From Cercozoa sp. M6MM (lineage: Eukaryota; Protista; Endomyxa: Ascetosporea): a stretch of 64,000 nt of DNA. Location of the stretch: assembly GCA_040357565.1 (NCBI GenBank), contig JBDODJ010000014.1; one strand, 5' to 3'. Of this stretch, positions 12,978 to 25,586 are shown piece after piece (the first letter of the stretch is position 1; each line of letters opens with the position of its first letter). A program made the position numbers and the translations under genes. Below the pieces are notes generated by a model. It was not told the origin of the DNA. It saw nothing but the letters and a program-made list of their open reading frames with translations, and searched no databases.

Positions 12978-15900
12978 CTACTGCAGACCAAAAAAGTCGT
13001 CGATGCTGGTGGCGGCGCCGGTGTTAGTGTCCTTCTGCTGCTCCTGACCCGAGTGGCTGGCAGAGGCACCAAAGAGCGCCGCAGCAAGGCGTGCTTGCTC
13101 CTCGAGTTTCGCCTGGTCGTCCTGCGGGACAGGAGTTGCTGGGGAAGGACTGACGGTCCGTGCCTCAGTCGTCTGGGTGGGCAGGGTTGACTGTGTTGGT
13201 AGGACGATCGGTTGGGCAGGCAGAGTCGATTGGATGGGCAATGTTGGTTGAGTTGGCAGAGTCTCCTCGGTCGGCACAGGCAGACTTGGCAGTGGCGCAC
13301 GTGGCAGCACAGGCAGTGCTCCCTATAATAGCCTCTGGTACACCTACGGGTACAGAGAGAGACAGGCTACCTGAGGCACGGTACGCGCGTGTACAACAGG
13401 ACCAGTCCATCTGGACGGCATGATAGGACGGGCGCCGACTGAGGTGGTTACAGTAGCCGGTCGTGTCGGTAGAGAGGCCAGACCAACGGATGTAGCCAGT
13501 GCCGGCAGTGTTGGGACTGTCTCCGCCTTGGAGTCGCCGGTCTGTGCCAGTGTCTGTGTGTCTGCTTCCTCCCTATGTGTCTCCTCCTCTCTCTGTGTCT
13601 CCTCCTGTCCCGACAGGAAGCCGAGTGCAGCCTTGGCCAGTGCCTTGGCCTTGGCCTTGGCTGGCTCGTCGTCCAGCAGCTTGGTCTGTTCACGAGGGGG
13701 TAAGAGAGTAGGTGGGGTAAGAGGTGAGGTAAAACCTGCTGCGAGGCAACCCAGCGCTTGGAGGTGTCGAGCCACGACGTCAGTCGGCTCTTGAACTCGC
13801 CCGTGTCACCGCCAGCCTCGTCGGTGGCTACCGGCACAGTAGACACTGGCACAGCAGACACTGGCACAGCAGATACTAGCACTGGCGCGCTGCTGTGACT
13901 CCTCGTGTCGGCGCACTCGTTCGTGTCCGTCACTGCGTACCTCCATTGGGTAAGAGGTAAATGGGAGGGGGGAGGTAAACTACCAGCAGCCAGGCCGCCG
14001 TAGTCATCCAGCGCAGACGGAATCGACTGCGTGCGCGTGCGCAGCGGCGGCATCTGGACATATATACAGATAACCAATCTATCCATCTGTACATACGTGG
14101 AGATAGATACATAGATACATAGATACATACACACACATACATACACACATACATACACACATACATACACACATACATACANNNNNNNNNNACATACATA
14201 CACACATACATACACACATACATACACACATACATACATACATATACATACGGACAGTAGATGAACACACCTGCGGTGGCAGCACAGGCGTGAACACGGG
14301 TGGCAGCTGCACCGACACTGAGCGCGGCGACGGTGCCTGCGACACGTGCGGTGACGGTGTAGTCACTGGCGGTGTGTCCACAGTCACTGACGGTGTGGTC
14401 ACTGACGGTGCGGTCACTGACGGTGCGGTCACTGACGGTGTGATAACCGACGGTGCAGTCAGAACTGGCAGTGTGCTTTGCGGCAGTGTTTTTTGAAGCA
14501 GTGCCCGAGGCGACGGTTGCTGCAACGGTTTCTGGGGTGACGGTTGCTGTTGCTGAGGTGACGGTTGCTGCGATGGTGACGGCACGGTGACCGACGGTGA
14601 CTGCGACGGTTGCAAGGGTCCGCGCGGAAGCGACGGTTCAGTCTGCACGGCCTGCTCACTCATGACAGGCGGCGGCAACGGCGTCGCCTGCTCGGTCTGC
14701 GTGGAGACACTCCTGGTGGCACGTGCCAGATCAGCGTGATCGTCTGTGTCAGTGACAGTATCAGTGACGGTATCATTGACGGTGTCAGTGACGGTGTCAG
14801 TGACGGTGCCACTGGAGGCCAGCAGGAAGAGCAGTTCGTTCTGCTGTCGCGTGAGTTGCGCCACGTGTCGCCGCAGCTCCTCCTCAGTCTCTTCTGTGGT
14901 CGCCTGAGTGGCCACGTGACTCACTGGAGTGGCCACTTGAGTGGTCACCTTGGTGGTGACTGGAGTGATCGGTCCAGTGGCCACGTGGGCGGCCATGTGC
15001 GACAGGACGAACTCGAGTGCGACGCGGGCGGCACGCGGCCGCAGCTGCTGCCACAGGCGTTGCGTTTCTTCCTGCGCCGCACCGTCATCGGCACCGAGAT
15101 CACCGTTGAAATGATCGATCAGTCGGATCCAATTGATGCCGTTGAGTGCAGTGACACCGTCGCGATCGGCACCGTCACCGTTCTGACTTTTGTTGTTGTT
15201 AATGCGATCGATGCGCACCAGGAGGTACAATGCCGCCACCTGACGCAGTTCGGACGACGGTTCCTCCACCAGCGACAACAGCGTGCGCACCGTCAGGGCA
15301 CCAGTAGCCACGCGCTCGGTGGGCACGTGCTCAGTCACGTGCTCGGTGGCCAAGTGGTCACTCAGGTGGTGCAGACACTGCAGCGACAGCACACGCAGTC
15401 GAATGTCCTCGCTGTCGCGCAGCACCGCTTGCAGCTGCCGCACCACGCTGTGCTCGTCCGGCGTACTGGGCGGGGGAGGGGGCAGTAAAGGAGGTAAGGG
15501 AGGTAAAGGGCAGGTATACTTGGCCACATCGACGAAGGTGTGCGTCGACAGCAGCGCGAACAACAGCAACAACGCGTTGTGCTTCGCCTTGTCGCTTCTG
15601 TGGCAAAGGGTGAGAGGGTAGGAAGGGGTAAAGGAGGTCAAAAGAGGTGAGAGGTAAAGGAAGGTAAGAGGGAGGGAGGAGCAAGAACACACCCGTGTCG
15701 CAGCGCGTCCATCAGCAGAAAGCCGAAGGAGTGGAACGGGTGTTCACGCAGCGGGTGTTCCTGCGCCTGTCCAGAAGGTCCATATGTCCAGTCTGGATAG
15801 GTTAAGGAAGTGTTGATTAAGGGAGAACAGGGGTGGCTACAGGATCATGGACGTCCCAGGACAGCGTGCGGCACAGCAGTGCGCCGACGCGAGTGTGTCG

Positions 15901-16233
15901 GCACACGCGCAACAGCAGGAAGCACGCGTGCGACGCGATCTCGTCCCACGTGTCGCTGAAGGTGACGGTGCTGCCACTGACGGTGCTGCCACTGACGGTG
16001 CCACTGTGATCGTTCAGGTACAGTGCTGTGTGCAGCAAGAACAGCACGGCCACGCGCGTGTCGCCCGTCGCCGACACCACCAGCAGCGCGTCGCACAGCG
16101 TCAGCACGTTGCGGTGCGACGCCTCCGGCATGCACTGGGGGACGGGGAGGGGTAGGGGTAGACGTGGAGGTAGGAGTAAAGGTAGGAGTACAGGTAGGGG
16201 TAAAGGAGGGTTGGGGTAGATGGTGTGTGTGCG

Positions 16234-16300
<67 letters not shown>

Positions 16301-18443
16301 AGGGGGTAAGCTACCAGTCGAAGCAATCGCCACGCGTGCAGTCGCAGCAGCAGCGGCGTGCGCTTCAGCGCGCTGTCGTCGGCGCACACCTGCAGCAACG
16401 CCAGCATCACGTTACCTACTCAGAGGGGAGGGGTAAGGAGCAGGAGCTAGGGAGTAAAGGGAGGAAGCATGCTACCACTGTAGTCAGACTGCGAGGCGAC
16501 ATGACCGAACGCCTCAGCTATGAACATGTCACTCCTTAACTAGAATTAAACAAACCTGAAATAAACGAACTGTACCAACATCTGTAGCCACCTGACCTTC
16601 CGTCAGCGCGGACAGGAAGGCCACGCACGAGGCGATCACGGGAACCTCACTGGCGCGCGTCTCCTTGGCACCGACATTGCTGTAGCGCAGCATCAGCGGC
16701 ACCTGCGCCATCAGCTGCCGGCACCCGGAGGGGGTAAAGGGTAAGCAAGTAAACAGGGGGGGGGGTAAGCCCTACCGACGAGTGCAGAAACAGCGATCGG
16801 TTGCCGACAGAGAGCGCATGCAGTGCACACAGATGACGCTGCACCCGTGCGCCGCCTTGTACCTGTCCCACCGTACCGTCCACACAGTATAAATGGACCC
16901 AGCAAGACCTGTACATAAATTGTGTACCAGTCCATCCCGCCGACAACACTGCAGTAGCGCAAAGTGCGCGTTTTCGTACAGCGCGAGCTTTCGCAGCTGC
17001 TGCGCGATTTCGTCTGATTCGAGGGGAGGGTAAAGGGGCACAAGTGAGTAAGAGGGGCACAAGAGAAAGAGGAAGTAACAAGGGGACAAGAAGTAGGGAG
17101 GGGGGTAAAAAGGGCAGACACCACTGTAACGCGGGTGGCACAGTACGCGCAAAAAGACGACCGCATCGGTTCGAATCGCCTCCTGCAGCACCGTCTCCTC
17201 ATCACCTGTGCGATAGATACAGACGAACAGGTACAGATAGACATGTACAAATGGTCAGGTACAGATACAGATGGACAGATACAGGTGGACAGGTACACAT
17301 GGACAGGTACAGAGAGACTGCAGTACCAGGAGTGATCAGAGTCACCAGACGTTGCATACTGTCGGCACGACACAGAAAATTGTGTCGTCCAAGCTGCCAC
17401 TCCTCCTCTTGGCCTACCCCAACACAAGAGAGGGATCAAAGGTATCAGAGGGGTTAATCAAAGGAGTTAAGTGGTTAAATGGGTTGGAGGGGACAAGGAT
17501 CAAAGGGTAGGTTAAGCTTCAAGAGGGCCATTGATACAAGAAAACGCAAGCGCCAGCAGCACTTGCATCAGTCGGTGAGCACACCTGTCCCGCTGTCTGC
17601 ACAGTTAAGGTGTGCCTACCTGTACTCCCCTTAACTAAAAATAAAGGCTGTCCATTCTACCGAAAGCACAGGAACAAAGCTTCGAACAGCGTGACGAATG
17701 CGACGTCGTCTCGCATGAACTGCTTCCTCAGCGCCACTGTTTCCTGAAGGGATGAAAGAGGGTTCAATAAAGGTGAAGGGGTAGGCAAGTATAAGCACCT
17801 GAGGCTCGCTGCTTTCGCTCTCGGCCCGTGGTTCCTCCACTGCACATACAAATATCTAGATACATCCAGATATATTATATATCTATTTCTCTGTGTGTAT
17901 AAATATGTATACAAGGACGGTACCATGCGTGAGCAGACGGTCGAGATGCGCGATACAAAGTTCGGCACCCACGCGGCGCTGCATGTCACCAAAGGCGTCC
18001 GCGCGGAAGAGCGCCGCCTGCGTGACGTCTGCCACACGCAGGAGGCACTTCTGCTCAAAAGTAGATAAGGTAGGCAGAGGGAGAGGGGTCAAACTACCTC
18101 AGCATCGGCGTGTTTTTGCTGCGCTAAAGTTTTCGCCTTGCTAAGGATCTGCACCAGGAACTGCACCGAGTGCACCTGTCCATACACACAAGACATACTC
18201 CCCGTACCAAAAAGGCGATATAGATGAGAGTGTACACTGTCTAGCTTGACTTTCTGCAGAGCCTCCAGCAGTTCCTCCACTGTCGTGGCCGCTTCGACCT
18301 GACAACAGTCAGCAAACACAGTTTTACAGTCACCGAAGCGAGTGTAATTTTCACGTATTGGCAATCAGTACATCGGCGATGCTCTGCAATTCACGGCGCT
18401 TTTGTGCGTCCGCCCCACCCACAAATGCGCCAAAAAAGTTCAT
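12978..18443 (-). CDS. Large hypothetical protein, helical (armadillo-like) N-terminal part plus Pro/Thr/Gln-rich disordered C-terminus
   Basis: Start MNFFGAFVGGADAQKRRELQ at 18443; many Leu-rich helical exons; long exon 14270-15460 with VTAPS and TVTD repeats; ends AALFGA...SIDDFFGLQ* at 12978. Family not recognised. Confidence 0.6.
14105..14250. repeat. (CATA/CACA)n compound intronic repeat
   Basis: Direct inspection. Confidence 0.9.
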
Positions 18444-18596
18444 GCCTGCATTGGCACACTTCCAGGTCTACGGAAAGGTGCCTCAAAACCACATGGCTAC
18501 AATGTCTTTGTTGTCGCAGCCTTAACAAAAAACAGAAAATGCCCATTTTCGCACGCTATTAAACCGCAATCGTAGAGTAGATCGTCACATTGTATT

Positions 18597-19609
18597 ATGG
18601 CGGTTGTTGAGGCAATCGAGGAGGTGTCGGAAGGTTCGCAGGTACCTGTTGTCGATGGTTTCCAAACCGAAGAACGAATATCCTCTGAACGATGATGCGA
18701 GCAGAGCCAGGCCTCGAGCAGTCCCGTGCGACGTCGCATGACGCCAGCGCAAAGAAAAAAGATGGTGTGTTTTGCCCGTTTTATTCTGTTATGTGCGATA
18801 TCCCTCTGTGTGAGTAAAGGCCGAGATGCGACGGGCGCGTATCCTGGCGCGCAGTGGCAGTCGCATGGACTTTGTCATGGGCAGGCAGACTGAGCTGGAG
18901 AAGCCGCCCGAGATCACACACGAAGAGGCCAAGGAGATCAATCGCACGGTGCGTGGTTTCTGCTTTGCTCCTTTTGTTTGTGTGTTTTCTGTGGTGGGTA
19001 CATGCGGGTGTCTGGCGACAGGCCAAGCTGGACGAGCGGGCCACCGACGCCTCAAGCACCAAGGTGAGCAACGAGATCGCGGCGCCGGCGCTGGATCTGC
19101 TGCGGCAACACAAGCGGCAGCGCGACACTTTGTCGCAGTGGCGCCGCACACTTGCACTCGTCGTGGCGCTGCTGTGCGCGCTGCTGCCATTGCCGGTGGT
19201 GGCACCGCTTGGCGTCCTCTCGCGCTCGGCTCTCGTGTTCAACGCCTGTGTGCCCTTCGTGCTGGCCTTTGAGTTCCTGCTGTACCCCCTTTTTCTCTCT
19301 CGTTTAATCTATACATGTACGGGTATATCACTGTGCAGTTGGCAGCAAGGCAAGCGCGAGCAGCGCGAGACACGGCTCTTGCAGCAGTCGCACACCACCG
19401 ACGAGAACGTCGACAACAATGCAGCTGCACTGCCCGAACAACTCCTTGGTGGTCGCACGGCCGGCATGCTCGCCAAGGGCGACATTGCTTTGCGTGTCTT
19501 TGGCGTCGGGCAGCGCATGTTCCAGGACGCACTCGTGTTCGCGCCGGCCTTCCTCATTTCGGACTTTGTGGTCGGCAAGCTCGCCGCTCCGGCTACCGAT
19601 AAGTATTAA
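18597..19609 (+). CDS. GET2/CAML-like ER receptor for tail-anchored protein insertion
   Basis: Spliced N-terminus ...MTPAQRKKM|AEMRRARILARSGSRMDFVMG matches the Get2/CAML basic helix (RRRKIL...RL..ITG type). About three C-terminal hydrophobic segments; size ~250 aa. Confidence 0.65.
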
Positions 19610-19997
19610 CTTAAACTAACTATTAACTGAATTTATTCAGCGGAGCTATGTGACGTGCGATCAGCGGGCAGCGTCCGTCAGTACAGCCAACCGAATGTAC
19701 TCCTACAGTCGAGTACTGTGCAGATGACAGCGCAGCGCAGTCTCGATACTGTCAGAGACTCAGAGTCAACGTTACAGTCCGGAACCAGTCGGCTTGACGG
19801 TGTTGCAGTCAGTAACAACTACAGGAGCCGGCAAACCAGTTGCGTGCACATGAAGCTGCCACTTTCGGCCGAGCAGAATCACTCGCACACAGACGCAGAG
19901 AGCAGGCGCAACACAGTGTAAAAGTAAGATGGCTCTTCGAGAGGAGTTTGCACCACAAGAAGCCTGAGTGCGAGCAGTCTGGACTCAAGCAGGTAAA

Positions 19998-21180
19998 TTA
20001 ACCGCCGTATGATATGACAGCAACTAAAATTAACGCGGACGGGAAGAAGAGGTGGAAGCGACGAGATCCTTGCACTCTGTTGACGTTACAGCAACATCTG
20101 CTATATTGTAAAGAAACATCGGTACTGTACACAGAGGAAAGCAGCAGACTTTGGCGATCGAAAGCACATGCAGTGCTTTGCAACGTACTGCACCGCTGGC
20201 ACTGAGGAAAAAGGTTGTTGTTACTGTGCGGTTTTAATTCATGCATGATGAGTGTGTTTTAAACTCACTTGCGGAAAGAAGAGCATCCTCTGCGAACGAT
20301 GTCGGGCGTACTTGCGCGGAGGAATGTGGTCACACACTGTGGCGACGTCACTGTTTTTGCTGCCGCAGTGATGGCACCCGTACCTGACGGAGTGTACACA
20401 GTATATTATAGCCATATAAAGAAACAAAACATGTACCTCGATCGAAGGCGGTGCAGCTCGCGTCGTTGCTTTTCTTTTAATTTTTGCAGGCAATCGCAGG
20501 GTGCATACAACTTAGGCAGTAGTACCAGTTGCAAAAAGATGCGGATTCGTGCCACTGGTCGGCAGACTCTCGAATGCAAACGGACCGCGCTCGCACAGGT
20601 CGGCGCAAAGCAGTGCTTCGACCATCTCAAAATGAGTAAAACATTACCTGATTGGAGTTGAAAGTCACCTCGCAGCCGGCCTCCCATCGCAAAGAAGAAC
20701 AGTGCTGAAGCTAGTGTCTGTACAAAAAGTAAATTTATATCAGTTAATAAATCTACCAGTAGGGTTATTACTCAGCAGTTTACACTTTTGTGTGTTGATA
20801 CCATTAGCGGAATTACTTCAACAAAGTTCGCGAGTGTGAAAGGAAAGTGCGCAGAAAAGGTATCAGTTCGAATGCAGTGCCTGCGAGGCATCCACATCAC
20901 AGAGATTCAACAAACACCGGAAGAAACTGAATCGATAAACGGACAAGAAGAAGAGGTTGGCAGTAAGCACACTCAAAACGAAAAGAGCGCTCGCGCTCAC
21001 AAGCGCGAGTCGATGCGCAGTGTGAATCTTCAGTTTCATCAAAGCGAAAGCTCCCGCATACAGGACTGCTCTGTAAAGCACTTGCGACACTAGCCAGGCC
21101 CTGGGACAGGCGTACCGTACACCAATTCCTGGAGTGTTTACAGAAGGAAGTGGCGCACTTGTACCCGGACAGCTGCATCG
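19998..21180 (-). CDS. Membrane-associated protein with CxxC...DH.PP...CxxC His-Me-finger (HNH-like) domain
   Basis: Spliced: hydrophobic N-terminal exons, FFFAMGGRLR|ALLCADLCERGPFAFESLPTSG..|EKQRRELHRLRSR|YGCHHCGSKNSDVATVCDHIPPRKY...FFPQ|CQRCSTLQS, then hydrophobic FHLFFPSALILVAVISY. Both ends approximate. Confidence 0.65.
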
Positions 21181-21706
21181 TTTCGGCCGACGAGAACTCG
21201 GTCTAAAAATGCTGAAGTTACTCGGAGACAGCATCGGTTCACTTGCATGCACGTCTTGCAGCACAGTGCCAGGTGACAAGATATTTATCGATAACGAGAC
21301 TACCAGCGGCACATGCATGTCTGGGGATGAACACTGCAATCTAGATTATCATTGGCATTTATCGTATTGTAGGCCTCCCCGCAATCCCCGAGTCATGGTG
21401 ATTCGCTGACGTGACGCAACAAAACGATGTCAACGGGATTGGTTCGACTCAAGAAATCCCACCCCACCCCTGATTCATTAGAGAATGTGGCGGTTGCTGG
21501 GATGCTGACTCAAACGACAGCTTTATTGGTTGGGCATCCCAGTTGAGCGGTGTCAAAAGTCACTGTTTTATTTTTGAACATATGCTTTATTTCTTAGTTT
21601 CAGTTAACACACACAAACTGCGAATTCTTAAGTGAGCTGCCGCGTTGGTGGGCGGCTTACTTTCACTCAAAACTCGAGTGCCGGCAGTTCCGGTCGGATC
21701 GATTTT

Positions 21707-23447
21707 TTAAGGGAGCTGGCACACGCCGACTCCTGTCACCATATCGGAACACTCGAGTCCTGGAGCGCAGTTAAAGTTCGGCACTATGCCGCCACTAGCC
21801 AGTGGGTAGCAGGGTTCGCCCTTAAGCGCAAGGCACACCATTCCGCCACCGACGTCACCGCAAACACCGCTGACGCAGTTTTCGTCCTGGGCGCACGACT
21901 CAAAGTTCGGCAGCAGGCAGTGGCCCTTGTTCCAGCCTAAAGGCAGGTAGTAGGTGCAAATCATATCTGTACACGTCTTCTGATTCGGGAGTAACTTGTA
22001 CTACAGTGTATGTAAATTTGCAGTACCTGCAGGAATGTGGCACACGGCTGGAGCGACACACTGGATTGTGGCGACGCAGCGATCTCCGATATCGGCGATG
22101 CATTTGCCGTTTGGCCCGGGGTTCTCGCACATGCCGCTGATGCAGTGGCTGTTGTCGAAACACGGGAGACCGTTGGGTTTCTTGCAAAGGAAAACGCCAC
22201 TGCCCGCTGTCGTTTCCGTACATTCATGCCCAGGTAAACAGTCACAGTCGCGGGTACACTGCGGTGCACCGGCGGGCTGAAATGCACCGGCAGGAGGGAC
22301 GAGACAAGTTCCAGTGACAGAGAGGTCTTCGAGAAGAGACATGTCTGGCACTGGCAAAGTCGCCAATGCGCCCGACTTGACCATGTAGCATTGCAAACCA
22401 GACGCACAATCTGTCTGACACAGGCAGCAATCGCCAACTCCTTGGCTGCCCGGGATGTAGGAACAGACGCCGTCAACATTGCCGAGACCAAGCGGGTTCA
22501 CCTCACGTGGCAGGAATGTCGGCGACGGTACAACACCGACTACAGTACAATTTCAAAGCATAAAATACTGTGCTGTATTATGGAAGAACTAATTACGATG
22601 ATGATCGCCGTCAAATTCCGGCAGAGGAGTCGCAACTTTCGACAAGCAAGCCGTGGAACAAGTGAGGGCAGTGTCAAAGTCTTGACAGTCAACACCGACA
22701 CCGATCTCACACGGCCCTCCCCTAGAAATAAACTGACGTGTAAAACAGGACAAACCCCGGCAAAAAACTATACAGGCCATTGTCGGGAGTGGGCGTGGCA
22801 TATGGAAACAGGGTCTTGGCCTCTCTCACGCTGATTTGCAGCTGTGGCACGCATTCGCTTCCCTGCGATCAGTCACCCAGCATACGGTGTCAACTAACTT
22901 ACCACGCAATGTACTGTACTCTACTCTACCTCGGGGTTGCAGTGGCCCAACCAGAAGCGCGTCGAGCACAGCGGCGTGTCTCCATTTCCGACCTGCCCAA
23001 GGCAGTACAGTATGATTTAATGGTGCAGTTTAGAAAATATATACTAGAGTTATGTACCAAGCAAGGTTTTCCTTCGGGACACAAGCAGTCCGGCTCGATC
23101 TGAAAGGAAAAACTGGTAGAATACTGCCAGTATTGCCATTTTCTTTCAGTTGGGCAGGAGAGCCACTCATAATTCAGCGTACGATGCCGGAGCGGAAGAC
23201 AATAGGAGTGCAAGCTCGAACCCCAAAAAACGCTTTCTGCAAGACAAAAACGCAAATATGCATAAAAGTACTGTTAATTAAAAGTCGAAAATGTACCTTT
23301 TTGCAGATCCACATGACCATGATCGTCTATGCACTTGCCTTGACGAATGCACGTCGGACGCATGATGGTCAGTGGCACCAGCTGATCGGCTTTCACCATC
23401 GATGAGCACACGAAGCTTAAGGTCAGCAGCAACGAAGTCATTTTCAT
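21707..23447 (-). pseudogene. Secreted cysteine-rich repeat protein, paralog B; exon 1 carries a frameshifting 107-bp deletion relative to paralog A
   Basis: MKMTSLLLTLSFVCSSMVKA|DQLVPLTIMRPTCIRQGKCIDDHGHVD then jumps to the sequence equivalent of A's exon end. Downstream exons are intact in A's frame with repeated G.PC..N..C.SG.C units, ending GVGVCQLP* at 21707. Confidence 0.6.
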
Positions 23448-24399
23448 TTTTTAAAGCCAGTCTTTTCGCAAGTTTGGTATCAGTTCGCAGGTGGGTCACC
23501 GTACCGTGTAGTGATCGCAAAACACCGAGATCGCAGTTGGTTTAGCTGTAAAATGGCGTTTCTGGGAGAAACGCTGCGTACGTGCAGACAACAGTAGAAA
23601 CGCTGAAGGAAACTCTACAGGAGGAACGTTGAGTTTCCCTCCTGTGGAAACGCTTAATGCGGCAAGTAAACATTTGATTATAACGAAGCAGAGAGTCGCC
23701 ATTTCAGTTGCGTGTCAGTGCACTGCGTTGGTCTGTTCAGTGACACTGCAAATTTAGCACTTGGCTGGCAGTTACTGATCGAATACAGTAGCTTAAGTGT
23801 GCCTGGCAGACTTTAAGCTTGCTAAGCAATACAAAGGCTCTAACTTGTATCGACAGAGCTCGCACTTGGTGTAATATGTTTTGTTGAGTTTGCGGTTCAG
23901 TAAACCTGTGCAGCGTGTTGAGTACTGTCAGTAAAGTGTTTTGGGTTAAGCAGATCTCCGAATAGTGCACAGTGAAACAGACTATTCGGGTTTCAAGCGG
24001 GAGCAGGATAGATGTTTCCTGGCTAGCCAAAGCTAGACAGCTGTAGTAATTTAGACTGGGACCAGGCCCGTTTATTTGGGCTCTAACTAACTACTGACAT
24101 TACTCAAATGGCATCGCCCCTCATGTTTCTTTAAATCAAAAAACCAAATTCAGAAAACAAAGGGGGCGGAACTGCAAAATTTCTACTTTTTTGTAGAAAT
24201 TCTACTTTCATGAAATTGACGTGAATTAATATTGCTTCTACGCGAAAATGCAAATTTCTAACACTCTCTACTTCTGGATTACAAATCAAAAGTGGGTGTG
24301 CCTTTCGCCCTAGAAAACGAACGTGCTGCTACATTCGATTTCTGCTGGGGGAGGGGGTGCTCGCCAGGCGCGATTGACGTTTAAAGCTGCGTTACTGTA

Positions 24400-25586
24400 C
24401 TTCCATCTGAGACGATTGGATGGTGTTGAAGTCAACCTGTCTGCGAGCGAATGCCAGCGCTTTGACAGACACTCCAAGTGAGCATGGAGTCAGTGCCAAA
24501 CAAGACGTTATTACTGGAACAACAAACTCAACTGAAAAAGCGATAATATAAGAGAAAGAATTCAAATTACTCAGCAGCGGCTCGAGCAACGCAAAGCGAC
24601 AGATCGCGAGCGAAGCGACGCTGTTGCGCTTGTGGCAGGCAGCTCTACAGACACGTTCGCAACAGACACAGTGCGACAGAGCGCAACGCACCATCACAAA
24701 GTTGTCAATCGCATCGGCGATTCTCTCGGTTCTGTTGGCCTAAATGTACATAGTAATGTGCTTGTTTGGTCAACATAGTCAATGCCTTTGAGTGACTAAA
24801 ACATACCTGTCGCTGCCGAAAGAAACGAACTGGCTGCTCTGGATGCTTGGCAGAAACTACGCGCAAAAGGACAGACATAACCATACACACGCACAAGACA
24901 CAAGTCAGTTGTACCTTCAAACAATGCTGTAGCGGTGCCAACCTGCATGCGAAAGTCTTCAAACATATGCTTGACAGGACTGTCATCGGCAAGCCACGAA
25001 TCCCACACACACTGGTCGAGGTGGTCAACGCCACTGCTGTCGGTGTGCATCAAGTCATTCTCGGTGTCACACTTGCTAATCACGAGTGCCACACACGGAC
25101 GCGCTGCAGGCGCTATCGGTTCGATCATCGAGCGCACTTGCTCGAGCACTTCCTGCATCTCTCGCACGCGTTCTTTATCTTGGTGCAGTTGCTGCAAACT
25201 GCAGGCACCAAACAGCAGCAAAATGGCATGTGTGCCCTGCATGTAATGACGCCACAGCGGACGCAACCTTTTTGCACCCCCAATGTCCCACTGGAAAGGT
25301 TCATGCTCTATAGATCATTAAAAATACGATGCATTTACCAGGTTAAGGGTGATGCCGTGGAAGGAAATCTCTTCCACGTTGAAGCCTATCGTGGGGATTG
25401 TCGCAGGGTTCTCGCCGTGCTTGAGCCGAAACAAGAGCGAGGTCTTGCCCGCGTCAGCACCAAGCATCAGGAAGCGAAACGCAGGAGGAGAAAGAGCATC
25501 GCGCAGTTGGTTTATCTCTTCACTGCGCTGATCACAGAAGGCGGTGTTCGCGTCGGAGAGACTACAGTACCTCTAAACTCGCCCAT
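24400..25586 (-). CDS. Divergent Arf/Arl-family small GTPase with large C-terminal insertion
   Basis: [39 protein letters not shown]|[32 protein letters not shown] (G4). N-terminus and C-terminal end uncertain. Confidence 0.8.

Noticed and set aside
23500-24390. AT-richer stretch with short ORFs, as a possible mobile element or ncRNA
   Set aside because: No terminal repeats, transposase/RT motifs or recognisable RNA structure.
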